From Squalus acanthias (Eukaryota): 64,000 nt of DNA. This document shows positions 63,720-64,000 of the stretch, piece by piece (the stretch's first letter is position 1; every line of letters begins with the position of its first letter). The notes below the pieces were generated by a model, which saw only the letters and a list, made by a program, of their open reading frames with translations, was not told the origin of the DNA and did not search any database. Location: NCBI GenBank assembly GCA_030390025.1, contig CM059433.1, positions 744,001 to 808,000 of the forward strand, written 5' to 3'. The position numbers were made by a program, and so were the translations under genes.

Positions 63720-64000
63720 GGCCCGGATATTCCGATCCCTATGGGTGGGTATGCGCTGTTTACCCACCCGTAGGGACATCAGAAATGTCGGTTTCAGGCA
63801 TGCACAGCTTTTTGGAGACCCTCCGCCCGCAGAAAACCCTTACAATTCTTACGCCTGGTAAAAGCAGGCGTAAGACCTGCTTTTACCAGGATAAGAGTTG
63901 AAAAAAGTAAAAAAAAAAAATTTCACTGATTTATCATTTTAAAATACTTTAAAAAAAGGTAAGTTTATTTTTAGCCCCGAAAAATACTTTCATTATTTTT
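63720..64000. mobile_element. Start of a probable Harbinger-type MITE inserted in a minus-strand SINE tail
   Basis: ggcccggatattcc follows aagaaagaacttgcatttatatag; runs off the window. Confidence 0.45.

Overview
Eukaryotic, very repeat-rich genomic DNA. The repeat content (HE1/V-SINE-like and Deu-domain SINEs, CR1 LINEs) points to a cartilaginous fish (inference). No host protein-coding gene can be identified; there is only one candidate 39-nt minus-strand exon in a TE-poor stretch (about 42.8-47.2 kb). The window is dominated by PIF/Harbinger DNA transposons. There are three two-gene elements (1-~3916, 33569-37648, 51212-55709), each with a + strand DDE transposase converging on a three-exon Myb/SANT-like gene, plus about ten non-autonomous derivatives and MITEs. 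The third element has an open transposase with all three catalytic motifs and sits inside a ~5.2 kb 23-bp satellite. Also present are a full-length CR1 LINE (intact 954-aa ORF2, frameshifted zinc-finger/esterase ORF1, TSD CGACTT), many truncated CR1/L2/RTE pieces, SINEs and several minisatellites. The most notable observations are mismatched or inverted 3-bp target-site flanks on several Harbingers, mosaic divergence between Harbinger copies, overlapping convergent 3' UTRs, and an ACTAAC-dense satellite. I found no clearly new biological system; all identifications were made by eye without database searches.
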